Source: Dicyema japonicum | Lineage: Eukaryota; Animalia; Dicyemida | Direction: 5' to 3' | Assembly: GCA_011109175.1 (NCBI GenBank) | Contig: RDEW01000021.1 | Coordinates: forward strand, 259,080-323,079 | DNA: 64,000 nt | Part shown: positions 25,700 to 38,406 of the stretch, one piece after another | Position numbering within the stretch: position 1 is the first letter of the stretch | Layout: the number at the start of each line of letters is the position of its first letter | Position numbers and translations under genes: made by a program | The notes under the pieces: generated by a model | Databases searched by the model: none | What the model was told of the DNA's origin: nothing | Seen by the model: only the letters and a program-made list of their open reading frames with translations

Positions 25700-26460
25700 A
25701 TATTGAGGCAAATACAATAGGTTTCCTTGTACTCCACTAGTATTTTACTCAAGTATTTCTTCATAGTCAAGGGGTGAGTGAATATTCTCCTATTAGTTTG
25801 GTTAAAACTTCTTTTTTTTAAAAAAGACGTGGATACTTGTCTCCGATTGTAGAGATCAAGTCTTCTAAGACATTGCTCCTACATTATCATTGACGAGATT
25901 AGTTAGTCGTTTCAAATTATTCTAGATCTAATTTCGTTCAATAATTGCCTCATCAAAATCTCCCTATAAAGCCATTAATGGACCTTCTTTTAGCATTCTT
26001 ACGGCTGAAGTGATAGTTTCCAAAGCAATTCGTCTCTCATCAGTTATATTATTCAAATATTTTGGCCTTTAATATGGTTTTTGTGAGCACTGTTAGCTAG
26101 GAAACCGTTACTCATAATCTTTACATTGTTCAGCCTTTCTGACAATTTGATTCAATTCACAACTTGACCCAACTGGATTCGAACCCAGACATTGCAAAAT
26201 TTTATGTTTACTTATTTCAAAACTTCGAGTTTCTGATGTTCTCTGACCTTATTAAATAAGGGGAGTAGAAGTTCCATCCACCATGAAAAGATGGAAACAA
26301 CAAGTGCACTAGGGCTATGCCACAAATCACTAGTTCAACTTTTCTACCTATTCGAGTTCTATTAGCACTAAGACCACCAGAAGTATTATGACCCAACCAA
26401 TTGAGTGATCCCAGACACAAGATTCAGTTCCTCATATCTATCTAGCGAGTCCTGACTCCA
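25700..26460 (-). CDS. Probable multi-exon gene of unknown product, convergent with NME7
   Basis: Short open segments separated by GT-AG micro-intron candidates; no recognisable motif. Confidence 0.3.
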
Positions 26461-26546
26461 TTTAGTACTAATGATATTCACGTAAAATGAATAATTATAG
26501 CTCTCTTCCTATAATATTAAAAACGACGCATATTATCACATTAAAC

Positions 26547-29500
26547 ATGACAAGAAACAGCAGCTATTATGAGAACAAGAATATTATAGAAGACTTCCAA
26601 GAAATATTGGTTTGAGCTTTGATTAATAGGAATTAGAGTGGCCTAGATTTGGATGCGGGGGTAAAGAAGGAAGTCGAAAATTTCAATGAACTAAAAAAAC
26701 TTGATTTCATCATGTTACAGGTTGACTCCTCCTTTTTACTCAGAAATTTGTAAAATGTGCGAAAACTCCATTAGATTTTGTGAAGAGGATGAAGAGTGTC
26801 CTTAAGGTTCTCATTTTTCCCAACCTAGAAAAATAACATAAACGCAGCAAAGGATTTGCTCCATCTTGACGCCTCCCTCAGAACTCAGCCCATTCAGTTA
26901 TTTCTCACCGAAAATTTAGATTTTTGGAAGAATTCATTTCCCCGAAAACTCGGGAATGAAGATACTTTTAGAACTGCTGGTTAAGTTCCAGGAAAAGTCT
27001 ATTCTGTGTTAATTGAAGGTTCGTGAAAACCCTCAAAAAGAAAAATACCAAACATAACTACTTTGGAAGCAGCCCAGGGAGCAAAAGATTAAAAATCATG
27101 GACTCGTTTGACGAAAATGCGAAATTGCATGAAATTCGGAAAAATATTTATTACGCAGTTCTTAGCGTGAAAGATATCATGAATAAGAAGGTCTCTTGGT
27201 GGTTACAACGCCAGGTTGGATATGATAACGGGATCGAGATTGATGGACTGGCTGAAATATTGTACGAGACTATCTTCACTCGCCACGAGGGGTTACTGAC
27301 TTTTCTGACTAGTAAAGGACGACCTTCCATGTCCTCAATCTGATGAATTTGATCGCATTTTACGGCAATGATAAAATTGTCATTTCGGCTGTTGAGAGAT
27401 TCACCAGGGTTCTTGGTTTATGAGATTTCAGAAATTCCAGGAACATCACAACTTTGAGGTAATATTAAGGATCCTCGAAATGAACAACGACTGGGAGTTG
27501 TCGGTATAGCACGTGGTTTATTTAGAACTACGCTATAACATTCATAGACACCTACATTAATAAAATAATAAAAAACAACACCAAGAAATTGGCGCTGGAA
27601 TACCAGCTCTTTCACGGGGAATTCGATGCTTATTTAGAATGTTGGGTCAACAAATCTGGGAATGCCATAAAGGAGTCTAGTGAGGGGTACCAAAGCAGAA
27701 AATTCGATTTTTACAAAATCTTTGAGAGATACAAGGAGTACAAAAGAATATTAAAACAGATCAACGAATTACTCCCGGAGGTAGAAAAGGTTTTCCTGTT
27801 ATTCGACCAATTAGGCTAGCAATAAACAGTGTAAGGAGACCCGTCCTTCTCTAATCAAAGAGGTCGATTTGAGAATAATTTTAGAACACTTTGAAGCCAC
27901 TCGCCAAAAAGAAAGTTATTTACATTTTTATTTGATAGCTCAATTGGGAGGATGAAATAGCTACCACCACTGAAACTGAGGACAATTTAAAACCGCCGGA
28001 GCCAGTTAATTATCTCTTAATTTAGTAGTCCACCGGTGAAGAGAAAGGTTCCATGGTTGAAACAGAGGAGATTCCGAAGCCTGTTGAAGACGCACAAACG
28101 GATGTTCAGCCCAACAGCGTCTCCCCACCGCCTCCTCCACCTTCTCTATTTCCGACTAATAGTTCTGAACCTGTATTTACTTATTAATGTTTTCCAGGGT
28201 CCTCCACCGCCACCCCCTCCATCAATGAACCATAAAAAGTCAAGTTTAAAATTTTTTTTACCCAGAAAAAGAGTCGAAATATAACATTCCAAAACCAAGC
28301 GACCCCCTTCCGAAAATCCACTTGGCCGCGATCACAGAAAAGAAGGCCAAAAACACGGTTTATGAACACGTCGACGTGGAGGGTCTCTACAGTGTATTCG
28401 ACGATAGTTACATTTGAAAGGACTTGGACTTGGCAGAAATTGAAGAGATCTTTTCATCAAGTGTCAAAAAAAGTATATCCCTATCGCTATCTAATTCGTC
28501 GTTGCATGAATCAATCGCTTCAATAAAAAGACCCAGTCTTCTCTCGACAGATCGTCACCGAAATATTTGTAAATGTCCTTGTTCATGATTCCAGTCATTA
28601 TAATGAAAAATATCGGGGATCAAATCGACACGATCATCGATACAATCGAAAGGTCCAGATTGCTGTTAAAATAGATTCGACGTAAAAAACGCGAACATTG
28701 AAAAGATTCAAATTTTGCTGCAAGCCAACCCAACCGACGAGGAAGTAGGATTAGCTGTCCACGTTTAGATCGAAGTCTTCAAAAAAATATTAAATAACGA
28801 AGAGGAGATCAGCCGATTGGCTTCAGAAGATCAATTTTTTCTAAAAGTATTGCGTTTTGTAACTCCCAGTTGCTTAAAGTGCCCAAATTAAACGCTTCGC
28901 TCAAAACCATGATTTTTCTTAAAAATTATAGTAGTACCGTTGAGCATCTGATCAAAGTCCCTAAATCTAGTAATTTAGTCTTACGATGAGATCTACAAGA
29001 TCATCTCCAAGATTATGAACTCGGATAAGCTTTTCAAGGTTTTGGAGGTTGACTTGGCTTAATCGTAGATTATTCTTGCTGTCGGAAATTACATGAATTA
29101 TGGAAAGAAGTCCCCGCCAATGGCTTCAAGATTCGTTCGATAGAGAAGGTCCTCTGTTCCATCAGCTTAGTTGTGTGAAATACAGGCAAATAACGGGAAA
29201 GACAAATTGCTGCATTTCATAGTGAAAATACTGCATCAGACTTTTCCAGAACTCGAGGATTTTTTCGCAGACTTCCCTGACATGAACTATACAATGAGTA
29301 ACTTTGGTACCCTTGTAACCTCATGTAAGAACATCTCGAGGATCTGAATGTGGAATACAAAGAGTTTGAGAACAGCTTTTCTAAGCTTAAAAGTCAAAGT
29401 CAACTGAAAGGCTTCCTGGCTGAAAATCTGCAATATTTTGAGAATTTGAAATCAAAGAAAACGGAAACTGAAGTTTTAAGATAATTTACTCCCAGAAACT

Positions 29501-29736
29501 GGCGAACGACTGCCTTTTATATTTCGGCGAGGACCCGAAGAACTCTTTTATCTCAATTTTGCTTTCAGACATCAACTCCTTCACGAATAACTACAGGCAG
29601 CTTAAATTGTCATATTTTAGGAAATTTTTAATATTCTAACAAACAAAAACTTATACAATGTTATTGATAAGTTAAATTTTAGGTGACCTCCAGTTTACGG
29701 ATGCATTTGACGCAGACACTATCGGGAGTGCAATGA
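26547..29736 (+). CDS. Formin, FMNL-like (GBD/FH3, short FH1, FH2)
   Basis: LDASLRTQPI (GBD), LALEYQLFHGEFDAYL (FH3), two poly-Pro tracts at 28120-28225, FH2 IILAVGNYMN..ANGFKI..LLHFIV..LYFGEDP; many 21-27 nt introns; stop at 29639 or 29736. Confidence 0.85.
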
Positions 29737-29824
29737 AATGTATACAATGATGTGATTATCAATAGCTCTGAAAAGGGTCCCGAATAAGCATATTTAACGA
29801 CTAATAGTTTATTTTTAGATAGAA

Positions 29825-30315
29825 CTATTCTTTAGATTTCTGTTTATTAGGGATATGTCGACTGACTACATTGGTGACTGCAGGTTTACGCACAGTCACC
29901 TCTATTAATCACAAGGTTTAAGTAGAGCTACCATGGCGTGCTGAGCTCACCCTTCCGTGCTCATCCAGATCGGTTGTTTTGACAAAATCCATACTTGAGT
30001 CAGGTACTCCAAATTTGTACAGGCGGGATTTAAAGTCAGACATTAGTGTTGCTTCCATATATCAGAACTTCAGGTTTTCAATGTCTCCTGAGAGCATTAG
30101 GAAGTGGAACACGAGGCTATTCACCTTGGTAGATTAAGACATTAACTATGTCACAATGCACCATGTCCCCAGTTCAGCCTACCGACCACAGTAGAAATTG
30201 TCTAGTACGATGACCATTTCCTGGGCTGTGAAAACCATCTCACTTTGCGAGTATTTCTTCAGTCTCTTCCGTAAGGCAGAGTCAACACTTAGACAGAATA
30301 AACTGCCCAGGATCT
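29825..30315 (-). CDS. Possible small micro-intron gene, unknown product
   Basis: Open segments (e.g. MEATLMSDFKSRLYKFGVPDSSMDFVKTTDLDEHGR) joined by plausible introns; no family recognised. Confidence 0.25.
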
Positions 30316-30449
30316 AAGCACAATTATACAAACAAATGGAATCTGTTAGAACTTTAGAAAGCCGTAAATAAATTTTGCAACAAAAACGTAACACAAATAT
30401 ATTGAATTTTATTAGCCGATATATTAAACACTCAGAAAGTGAAAAAGTA

Positions 30450-30736
30450 ATGGTCGACCTACGAGAAAAAAACAGACTAGCAGCCGCTAAACACAGACAC
30501 AAGATTAAGTCAAAGATAGAAAATCTAAGCAATGTATGAGAACCGCTACATTTTAGATTTTGAGGGAAAAGCAAGCTATTGTAGAGAACAAGCAGGAAGA
30601 AATAAACCTTAAGAAGTTCATAATGGCGATCAGTCCAGACCAGGTGCCAATCGAGGAACAATACCTCAAATCGTTACCAGAATTCAGAAAATATATAATG
30701 TCACTATACAATAATTTTATTCAAATAAAAAAATAA
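30450..30736 (+). CDS. Small bZIP transcription factor (5' end uncertain)
   Basis: Basic region LREKNRLAAAKHRHKIKSKIENL (N-x7-R pattern); 23-nt intron 30534-30556; stop 30734-30736. Confidence 0.7.
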
Positions 30737-31304
30737 TTAATTTTTTCTTTTAAAATTTGAATATTTTTATTCAAATCCTCCTCGTTGTTGTTGTCGAGGA
30801 CTACAATTTTGTCTTCCTCAAATGTATCCTCTGCTTGAATTTGGATCTCTCCAAATATCTCACAATCCATGTTGTTGGTGAGTTTGGTATCGGAATAACC
30901 ACTATAAGTCACAACTACCTGCTCACCGACTAACAAGTCTTTGACGAAGAACTGAGAGCTCCACTCTAAGTACCACCACAATGTCAAACAAATCATCCTC
31001 GAACTGGTCGCAGCCGTGATAGTCCACGATGAAATTACCGTCCGCCATAAGTTTGGCCATATGCGCGGCAGCCTACGGTAACTGTCGACTCAAACCTTCT
31101 CGTCATCGATTACTTGGCATTTGAAGTCCTCGTCGTATTCGTCTTCCACAAAACAGTTTTTAATGGCGAAGGCCCCGAATTCGTAGTGGACAAAATTTTT
31201 GTAGTTTCCAAGCAGTTTTTTAACCAGAAGTGATTTACCGCTTCCAGGTGTTCCTATTTGTCTTAAAAGTAACCCTTACCTGTTATAAGCACGTTGCACC
31301 TCAT
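30721..31304 (-). CDS. AK6: Adenylate kinase isoenzyme 6 (AK6/CINAP/Fap7)
   Basis: NVLITG|TPGSGKS P-loop, [26 protein letters not shown]|[16 protein letters not shown]; introns 31254-31279 (26), 31073-31095 (23), 30902-30926 (25). Confidence 0.93.
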
Positions 31305-31409
31305 TACCACCACGTGACGCTCAAAAAGTTATCTATATTTTTATATATATTTAAAATTATTATACAAAATATAAATATTTATTTTTATTTCGAACTTAAG
31401 TTTGGCACA

Positions 31410-31660
31410 TCAATAAGTCTCGAGATCATTAGCTTTCGTTGGAGACTTTTTGGACACGTCCTGAGGTTGGACCCGACATCCATCCCGAATATCGCTATGG
31501 AAGATTACTACTCCTCCCATGTAAAACTCTTTCGTGGAAGACCGAGAACGACCCTCCCGTTCGTTTTACAAAACGATCTGAAACCGTAAAGTAAACATTG
31601 GCATCTGGCGACGACCTGGACACACTGAGGGATCTGGCCAAGAACAGAAAATTCCAAGGG
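31410..31660 (+). mobile_element. RTE-like LINE 3' fragment
   Basis: RWRLFGHVLRLDP..NIAMEDY..FRGRPRTTLP matches the C-terminus of the 57653-60599 element. Confidence 0.8.
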
Positions 31661-33469
31661 AAATCCGGATAAACCTGCCTCGTCTACGATGTGGGCACTA
31701 CGATGTACATACGTAAATTGGATGATGTAAAAATGTCCTCTGTTTATTTGCGTCTTCTCCCAATTGACAGTAAATTACCTTTTTGAATGTCCTGAATTAC
31801 TAAACTGCTTTTCTACAATTTCCAAGACTGACCGATCTATGGGGTTTGCTGCGTCCTACATAATAGTGCTGTCTCCTGCAAGTTAGTAAGGTCGGGTTGC
31901 TAACTCACAACCAGACTTATATCTCTCTTTAAAAATCTTAGAGAAATTAATTTTCGACATGGTCTGCTCATACCTCTCGAACGTGGATTCAAAAAGGGTC
32001 TCTCAAAGGCAACCGATCTCACTACACTAGCACGATTCATTTATGATGGCCTACAATGGAAAACGGGGATCAAAACACCACAGTATGCTCTATTCACATA
32101 CAAAATGGTTTCGAGTCAATCCCGAGAACTTAGGAAGATGCTCAGATATTCCAAGTAAATTAAAGAGTGGTTGGGAACTTTTTCAGTGGAAGAAGAGGAA
32201 GGGTCGTGTCAACAACTTTCAAGTCCGTCTCAAAGTTCCTGCCCAACTGCTGGCACATAGATCCCCTCGTCACCACCCCTGTGTAATATGTTTTTATTCG
32301 ACCTTCCAGCCAATTCCGACGACAAACCACAACTACTATAATATTCAGATGACATAGTAACTCCCCCAGAGATAATGTGTCAAAGGGTCACTGAACGATC
32401 GAGAATCTGTTCACTCTTCTAAGAAAATGGTTTGACACGAATCTAAGACTGCAAGTGCAGAAGAATGTACTACACACTTTACATGACTTTCAATAAAGTA
32501 TCCTCCATCGTAGTGTTAGGGGGTGTATCAATTTCCATTCTTAGTATGTGTCTGAAAAGCCTCCACCATAGATCAGTAATAGCTCAAAGGACCAGTAGAG
32601 CAAACATTATTGAGTTTTCTTGTTGATTCTCTTCGGGCAATTCAGTTCAAAGAATGCCCTGGGCAGTATCGATGAAGAGAGTCTATCCTGAGTTCTTCAG
32701 CTCTGGACATCGCCCACGTTGACGAATTATACATTAGGACAGGTTTAACTTGTTTAGCGAAATGTATAGAGGATCTTTCTCAACAATGTCCTCATTGTCT
32801 CCAATTGAGGATCCAAGCTTATTGGTCTTCCTCCGTGGTTCATCCGATCTTTTTCCCATTTTCTGCTATCCACTTTGAACCAATCGTTAGGCTCCTTATC
32901 TACTCAGAACATTGAGCCAATGATTAGCTACAGGTACACCGATTTGGGTACAAACCTCGCATAATACACTTTAAAAAAATTAAAGCTTTCCAATACTCAA
33001 TAATTGGAACTCTTAAGTTTTCTTTGGTAGACCCTAACTTCTTCGAGGATTTAGGGAGAATGGGTGTGGGATCATCTCACGTGAACGCCTGCCAGCAGCG
33101 AGAGCTGCAGAAGGTCCGTGGGACCGCATGAAGAACATCAAGCAAAGATGAGGTGATCTCTCAAGTGGACGGAATAATTGTGGTTTTTTTCTTTTCCTTA
33201 ATTTAATGTTGATTCTTGGCCTTTAAAAAATAAAATTAACCCCTCTGTTTTTTCAAGTGAAGGAAATCGATTGGCTAAGAAATTTCCTTCCCCAATCGGC
33301 TTCCTCTGCAAGGATCAACGAAGGTATTTCTGTTCGACAATGGGAACAATGGAGACGCACATGCCTAGGATGGCACGTTTGGTTGCGGGAACTGGGATCA
33401 CCTAACTAGTTGACTTTACTTTGTCTTTCTTTCTCGGTGACCCCGGGGTTAATCAATAAATAATTTATC

Positions 33470-33897
33470 TGCTTTAGTGAGAATTGATGTTCCATTTGCG
33501 GTTACATATCCATTTTCAAGGATAAGCGGTGTTTCGTATGTCAGAAACTATAAAGATGTTGTCCCAAGTTGGTCTCCTCCAAAATGGATATTCCCTCCAA
33601 TATGGACTTATTTTTATACTCAAGTGAGCTATTAATAATATTTCAGCAATGGGGTACGCCTCATATCTTGTGTGGAGTAGTGGAGAATCTTCTGTAACGA
33701 ATGCCTTCGTGGCACAAGAATCAATTAGGTCTCAATGCTGTGTGGACTCCAATTTTCTTCGGATATAGACTCCCAGGATTGATACTGTTGCCATGCTGAT
33801 TTCGATTGGCAGTTGCGTTGTCCTCTTTTACCCAATAAACAAGCTTGCTTCCTATCTAATGGTCCCTTACTTCTTCTGGGTATCGTTTGCCACTAGT
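33470..33897 (+). pseudogene. TSPO: TSPO/TspO-MBR gene fragment, truncated and frameshifted
   Basis: PSWSPPKWIFPPIWT, MGYASYLVW, QLGLNAVWTPIFFG, ASYLMVPYFFWVSFAT; 23-nt intron 33624-33646; abuts a LINE tail upstream and a Tigger TIR downstream. Confidence 0.8.
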
Positions 33898-33898
33898 A

Positions 33899-34760
33899 CA
33901 GTAAAATTTCTCAAATATGCCACTCTTAAATTTGCCAATTCTGAGATTTGGCAACATTTTTAAAAATTATTATTATTTTTTAATAATTTTTAAAAATTTA
34001 AATAATTTAAAGCAAGCATGTGTAGGAATGTTCCTGTTTGAAGGCAACACCAGACTTTCAATTGCTCAAAAAGTGGAAATATTGCGATATAAAGAAACCA
34101 ATAAATTAGCTCCATGTCAGAAGATATGCTACAAATTTTCTTATATTTTTAGAAAGAGAATCTCAAGAAGGACAATCAATGCAATATTAATGAATGCAGA
34201 ATCGCTTTATTTCAGTTCAAGAACAGAAATCCTAAACTAAAAACTTGTAAAAAATTAAAATACCCAGAGCTTGATGAAAATCTGATTGGATGGATTCAAA
34301 AGGTAGACTATTTACTCTAACATTTAAGGTGCTTTATTGAGCGATCCTCTAATATTACATAAGGCAGAATTTTTCTCTAAAGAACTTTCGTAAACTATGT
34401 TTAAAAATTCTTACGAGTTTTTGGAGAAATTTAAAAAAAGACATGGATTTCAAATGCGTAAATTACACGGCGAAATGCGTACCGAAAAACATACGAATAT
34501 TGATGGCTTTTTAAAAAAATTGAAGTTTCAAAGAGTTACTCGTCAGAAAATATTTATAATTTGGATGAGACAGGAATATTTTATAAATTGATTCTCTCTC
34601 GGAGTATTTGCAAATCACCTTTCGGCGAATATAAAAATTTCAAGGATAGAGTTTCAGTCATGCTTTGCGCCAATATGTCAAGGACACTAAAGCCACTATT
34701 GATCGAGAAACCAAAGATGTTTTGATGTTTCAAGAAAGGTCAATTAATAGTAAAATTCGT
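33899..34760 (+). mobile_element. Tigger/pogo transposon, left end and degenerate transposase
   Basis: TA|CAGTAAAATTTCTC terminus; HTH RLSIAQKVEIL, YPELDENLIGW, FKKRHG..LHGE, IYNLDETGIFY, KDRVSVMLCAN. Confidence 0.85.
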
Positions 34761-35284
34761 TTTTTCATTATATGCTCTCAAATTTCTTTATACTCTTAAA
34801 GAAAGGAGTCGACAGATTTATCTGTTTGCATTTCTCCGTGTAACTTGAGCACCCTACATTATCCGTGTCTCTTTGAATTTATCCAAAAATCCATCAGAGT
34901 TTTGCAGCTACAATTGCAAAAAATGCGGCCTTGGTAGATATTAAGGCATCATATAACTCTTCAAGTGTGCTGATTTCCCAAGACCCCTCATTGGGAAAAT
35001 TAAAAATCCAAGATGTTTCAAAAATTTGTTGTAAACATGTATTATGGCTCAGTGTAGCAAGTTGTGGACCAAAATCATTAGGTACCCTGTCGAATCTCAT
35101 GAGGTTAAAGTTAAACGCATCTTCGATGCTTTGGGGTTGACGAGTGATAACGTCATCTCTGTTTCAACACTGCGGAACCGAATTGTCTTCTGGAACTCAC
35201 ACGCAAACAAAAAAAACAAGAATTCAACAACACTTTCACTGTCTTGGATATGCCCTGGATTAACTAGCATTACCTTACACTAAA

Positions 35285-35380
35285 AAGTCACCACGAATGT
35301 GAGACTCAGTGGCTTCTCAGTTGATCTCCGTTTCAATCATGGAAGCAACGCAACGTCGATTATGTCGGCGGGGACCATTT
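35285..35380. repeat. Dispersed ~100-bp repeat, second copy 54945-55050
   Basis: Shared GTGAGAC...GTGGCT..CAGTTGATCTC...GCAACGCAACGTCGAT.ATGT.GGCGGGG.CCA. Confidence 0.7.
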
Positions 35381-35926
35381 TTGATTAATTTAAGTAATCC
35401 GTATATAATCCACAAGTAATTTTATTAATAAACTTCATTATTCGATGACGTAAGCAAACTTTATAAACTTAGACAATTATTATTTTCACATTGGTAGTAA
35501 AATCAATTTTAATTAATTTTGCTAAAATATATATTATTTCATCACCGTCATAGTCACGTGACTGTGTTACTCCCCCACGTTTATCACATAACATCTTCTA
35601 CCGTCATAGTCACGTGGCTATATTACTTCCCCACAACTGTTTTTATTTTTAATGTTCTCATTGATATCGAGACGACTGGAAGTATAGGCATAAAGTAACT
35701 AATTTTCTCGAGAGAAGCGTCTATGAGACTCTCGTCTGGCACACTCAGAACCCGTCCATGAAACCATTGACTCCTCCAGTTGATATCCGTGGTCACCATA
35801 AGCACCAAATTCTCCCATAGCCCGTAAGAATAAGGTAGATAATTAATTCATTAGAATTAAATTGAAGTGTGACGTAATACGTGTATAAAGTATATTGTAT
35901 CGTTCATGTAAAATTATATACATTTT

Positions 35927-36804
35927 ATGGACGGTTCAGCCTTCAGTTTAGAGAGGAGGAAGGTAATCTTGGTTGATAGTCGAAGGTTAATGGAGTTATG
36001 AAAAAGCAAAAGAAAGCTTTTATCTGCGTGTTATGCAAATACAAGTCTTCTTATTACAGCAATCTCTACGTCCACATGAGAATTCACACAGGTATGACTC
36101 GATCTCTTGGTGGATCACTCCATTTGGGCTTTTAATGCAATTTACTACGAAATTTGAAATATTAATTAACTTTAGGAGAGAGACCTTACTTTTGTGGAGA
36201 ATGTGGGCATCGTACCAGTCAGGGAAGTACGCTGAAGATGCACATCAAGTTTCACCATCCTCGGAGAGACTGCTTCAACATGGATAGTAATAGGAGATTT
36301 AGGCTACATAATATTAATGAAAATGAAAAAAATGAAATTGTTTGGTTTTGTCGATAACCCTAGGTCTTGGCTCCCATTATAAACGAACGGATCATCACAA
36401 CCTTCGAATCCCTTAAACTGAATCTCGATATTCTTGAAAAAAAATCAAATGCCAAAATTAAAGAACCCGAAGACGGCCAAACGGTCCAATCTAATCTGAA
36501 TGATCACTCCCATTTGAGTAATCACTATTTCGAGCAGCCACAACAGTCCATGATTCCCCAAAACATCGGACTCCAACTCAATCTTTTCATTGCTGCTCGT
36601 CTATTTCAGCAAGAGTTATTTTACTTACAAAATAATCAATATTTTGATGGAACCAACCAATCTAGAGAAGAGGTTCTGAACTTGATGGAAAATGGGAGAG
36701 CCATAACTGGACGTTTATCTTCTAAGATTGACACGATCGTGGATTCCGAATTCAAGAGATCTCTCTGTTCTATATTGAGTGAGTTGAATGACCTTTTTCG
36801 TTAA
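35927..36804 (+). CDS. C2H2 zinc-finger protein (two fingers)
   Basis: FICVLCKYKSSYYSNLYVHMRIHTG|ERPYFCGECGHRTSQGSTLKMHIKFHH; introns 35963-35985 (23), 36092-36175 (84), 36340-36363 (24); open to TAA 36804. Confidence 0.9.
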
Positions 36805-38406
36805 TTACTATAATTTTCAAATAATACATGCAGATTTATGGATTTTAGTGATTCTTACCACTTAATTAATTTTACTTTAAATATTAAACTGTTATCATCT
36901 AGGCAGTGGGTCTATTGGCCATGCACTGCGGGTCGCTATTTTTTTCAAAGTATGACTAAATTTTCACTTGCCATGAAGGAAAGGAGACATTTGGTAGAAT
37001 TGATGTTTCTTAACCTGTTGGCAAATTGATAAAATGTTAAATGAGACATGGAATAATCTTTTACGAGAAAACTGTTGACTTGAAAGGGCTTTTTTCTGTT
37101 AGATAATCTTGCTTAACGACCTCGTTTATACATGAAACGTGTTGTATAAATTAATTCTAATCAATATTGAATTTTTCTGGTAAACTTTTTTCAAATTTGA
37201 AAAGATCAGTAATTTTAAGCTTACAAATTCCTCGTGATGTGGAAAATGTAAAATACATCAAAAAGATTTACACAAGCATAGTACAAGACGCTTTCGCTGG
37301 TGGACTACATATTTGTCAAAAACATATGTGGAGGGAGATCTAAATGTAAAAAATCCAATCAGGTTGAAAAATTGAGCCTTAATAAAATACTTGGATGTTA
37401 ATAAATATAAAATTAATCAAAAAAATAATTCTAGGATTTTAAGGTAATTAAATTTACAATTAATGTTTCGCAAGTTTTAAACTTACAATTAATGTTTCCT
37501 AAATAGAGAGGTTCATGAGTTGTGGGCATGTTTCACGTGGAGAAAATTGGATACCAGTTTCAATTTGAAAACTAAAAAGAACCATAATTATTTTTCTGTC
37601 TATCTGTTCAACGACCTCTTGGAAGTCAGACAGGATGATGGCGGCTATTGAGCGGGCGGCTCCCAAAGATCGGATTGGCTAACTAATTTTTTTGGGAGAA
37701 ATTCTCTGGTGATGTAAATCCCGTGGCTTAATCTCTCAATAGAGAAGTCTAAAGCCATGAGAATTTCACATTATAGAAAGTTTTTCCAACAGGAGTACCA
37801 CTGAGTGGTATCAGCAATGTTGATCATTTGAGTTATTTGGGTGTGTGCTTTGGATGTAGAGGAGATTATGTTGAAAATGCCAAAATGAAAAAAAGCCTTA
37901 CCAAGCACTTCTGTGTCTACGAAAATTCGATTTGAAGAGGAGACATTTATCTTTATCATTGAAGAACTGATGTGGAGGATTGTATTTTTTTCCTAAGAGA
38001 GAGACAATAACCAATTTTTTAGAAAACGTGGAGGATGGCAATCAAGCTGGCCTAGAAGAGTGAAGAAACACTAGAAGAAGAGGTGGAAACGCTCATTAAC
38101 TCAGTAAGGAGCGTGATAGTGAAACTTCTTTACTTAAATAAATCTTACCTGGAATCTTTCGCGGACCTCAGGTTGAAGAACCACTGGCCTAGATGATACC
38201 AGTTTATTACAAAAGAACATAAAAATCTTAGATTATTATTGAATTTCATTAATAAATTATTTATAATAATTATTTAATAAAACTAACACAATTTTATTTA
38301 TTAAAAGTAAGTTTTATTTTAAATATCTTTATCTTAAAGCATCCAGTAATAATATATCAAATCATAATGCAACATAAATTCAGCTCGTTTCAAAATTTAA
38401 AGTTTT

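Noticed and set aside
26161-26195. tRNA-like T-loop GGTTCGAATCC on the minus strand
   Set aside because: T stem pairs poorly, no D arm or matching acceptor 5' strand, and it lies in a probable coding exon.
36904-38186. Possible hAT element between CAGTGG termini
   Set aside because: Termini match only briefly and the flanking 8-mers are not a direct repeat.
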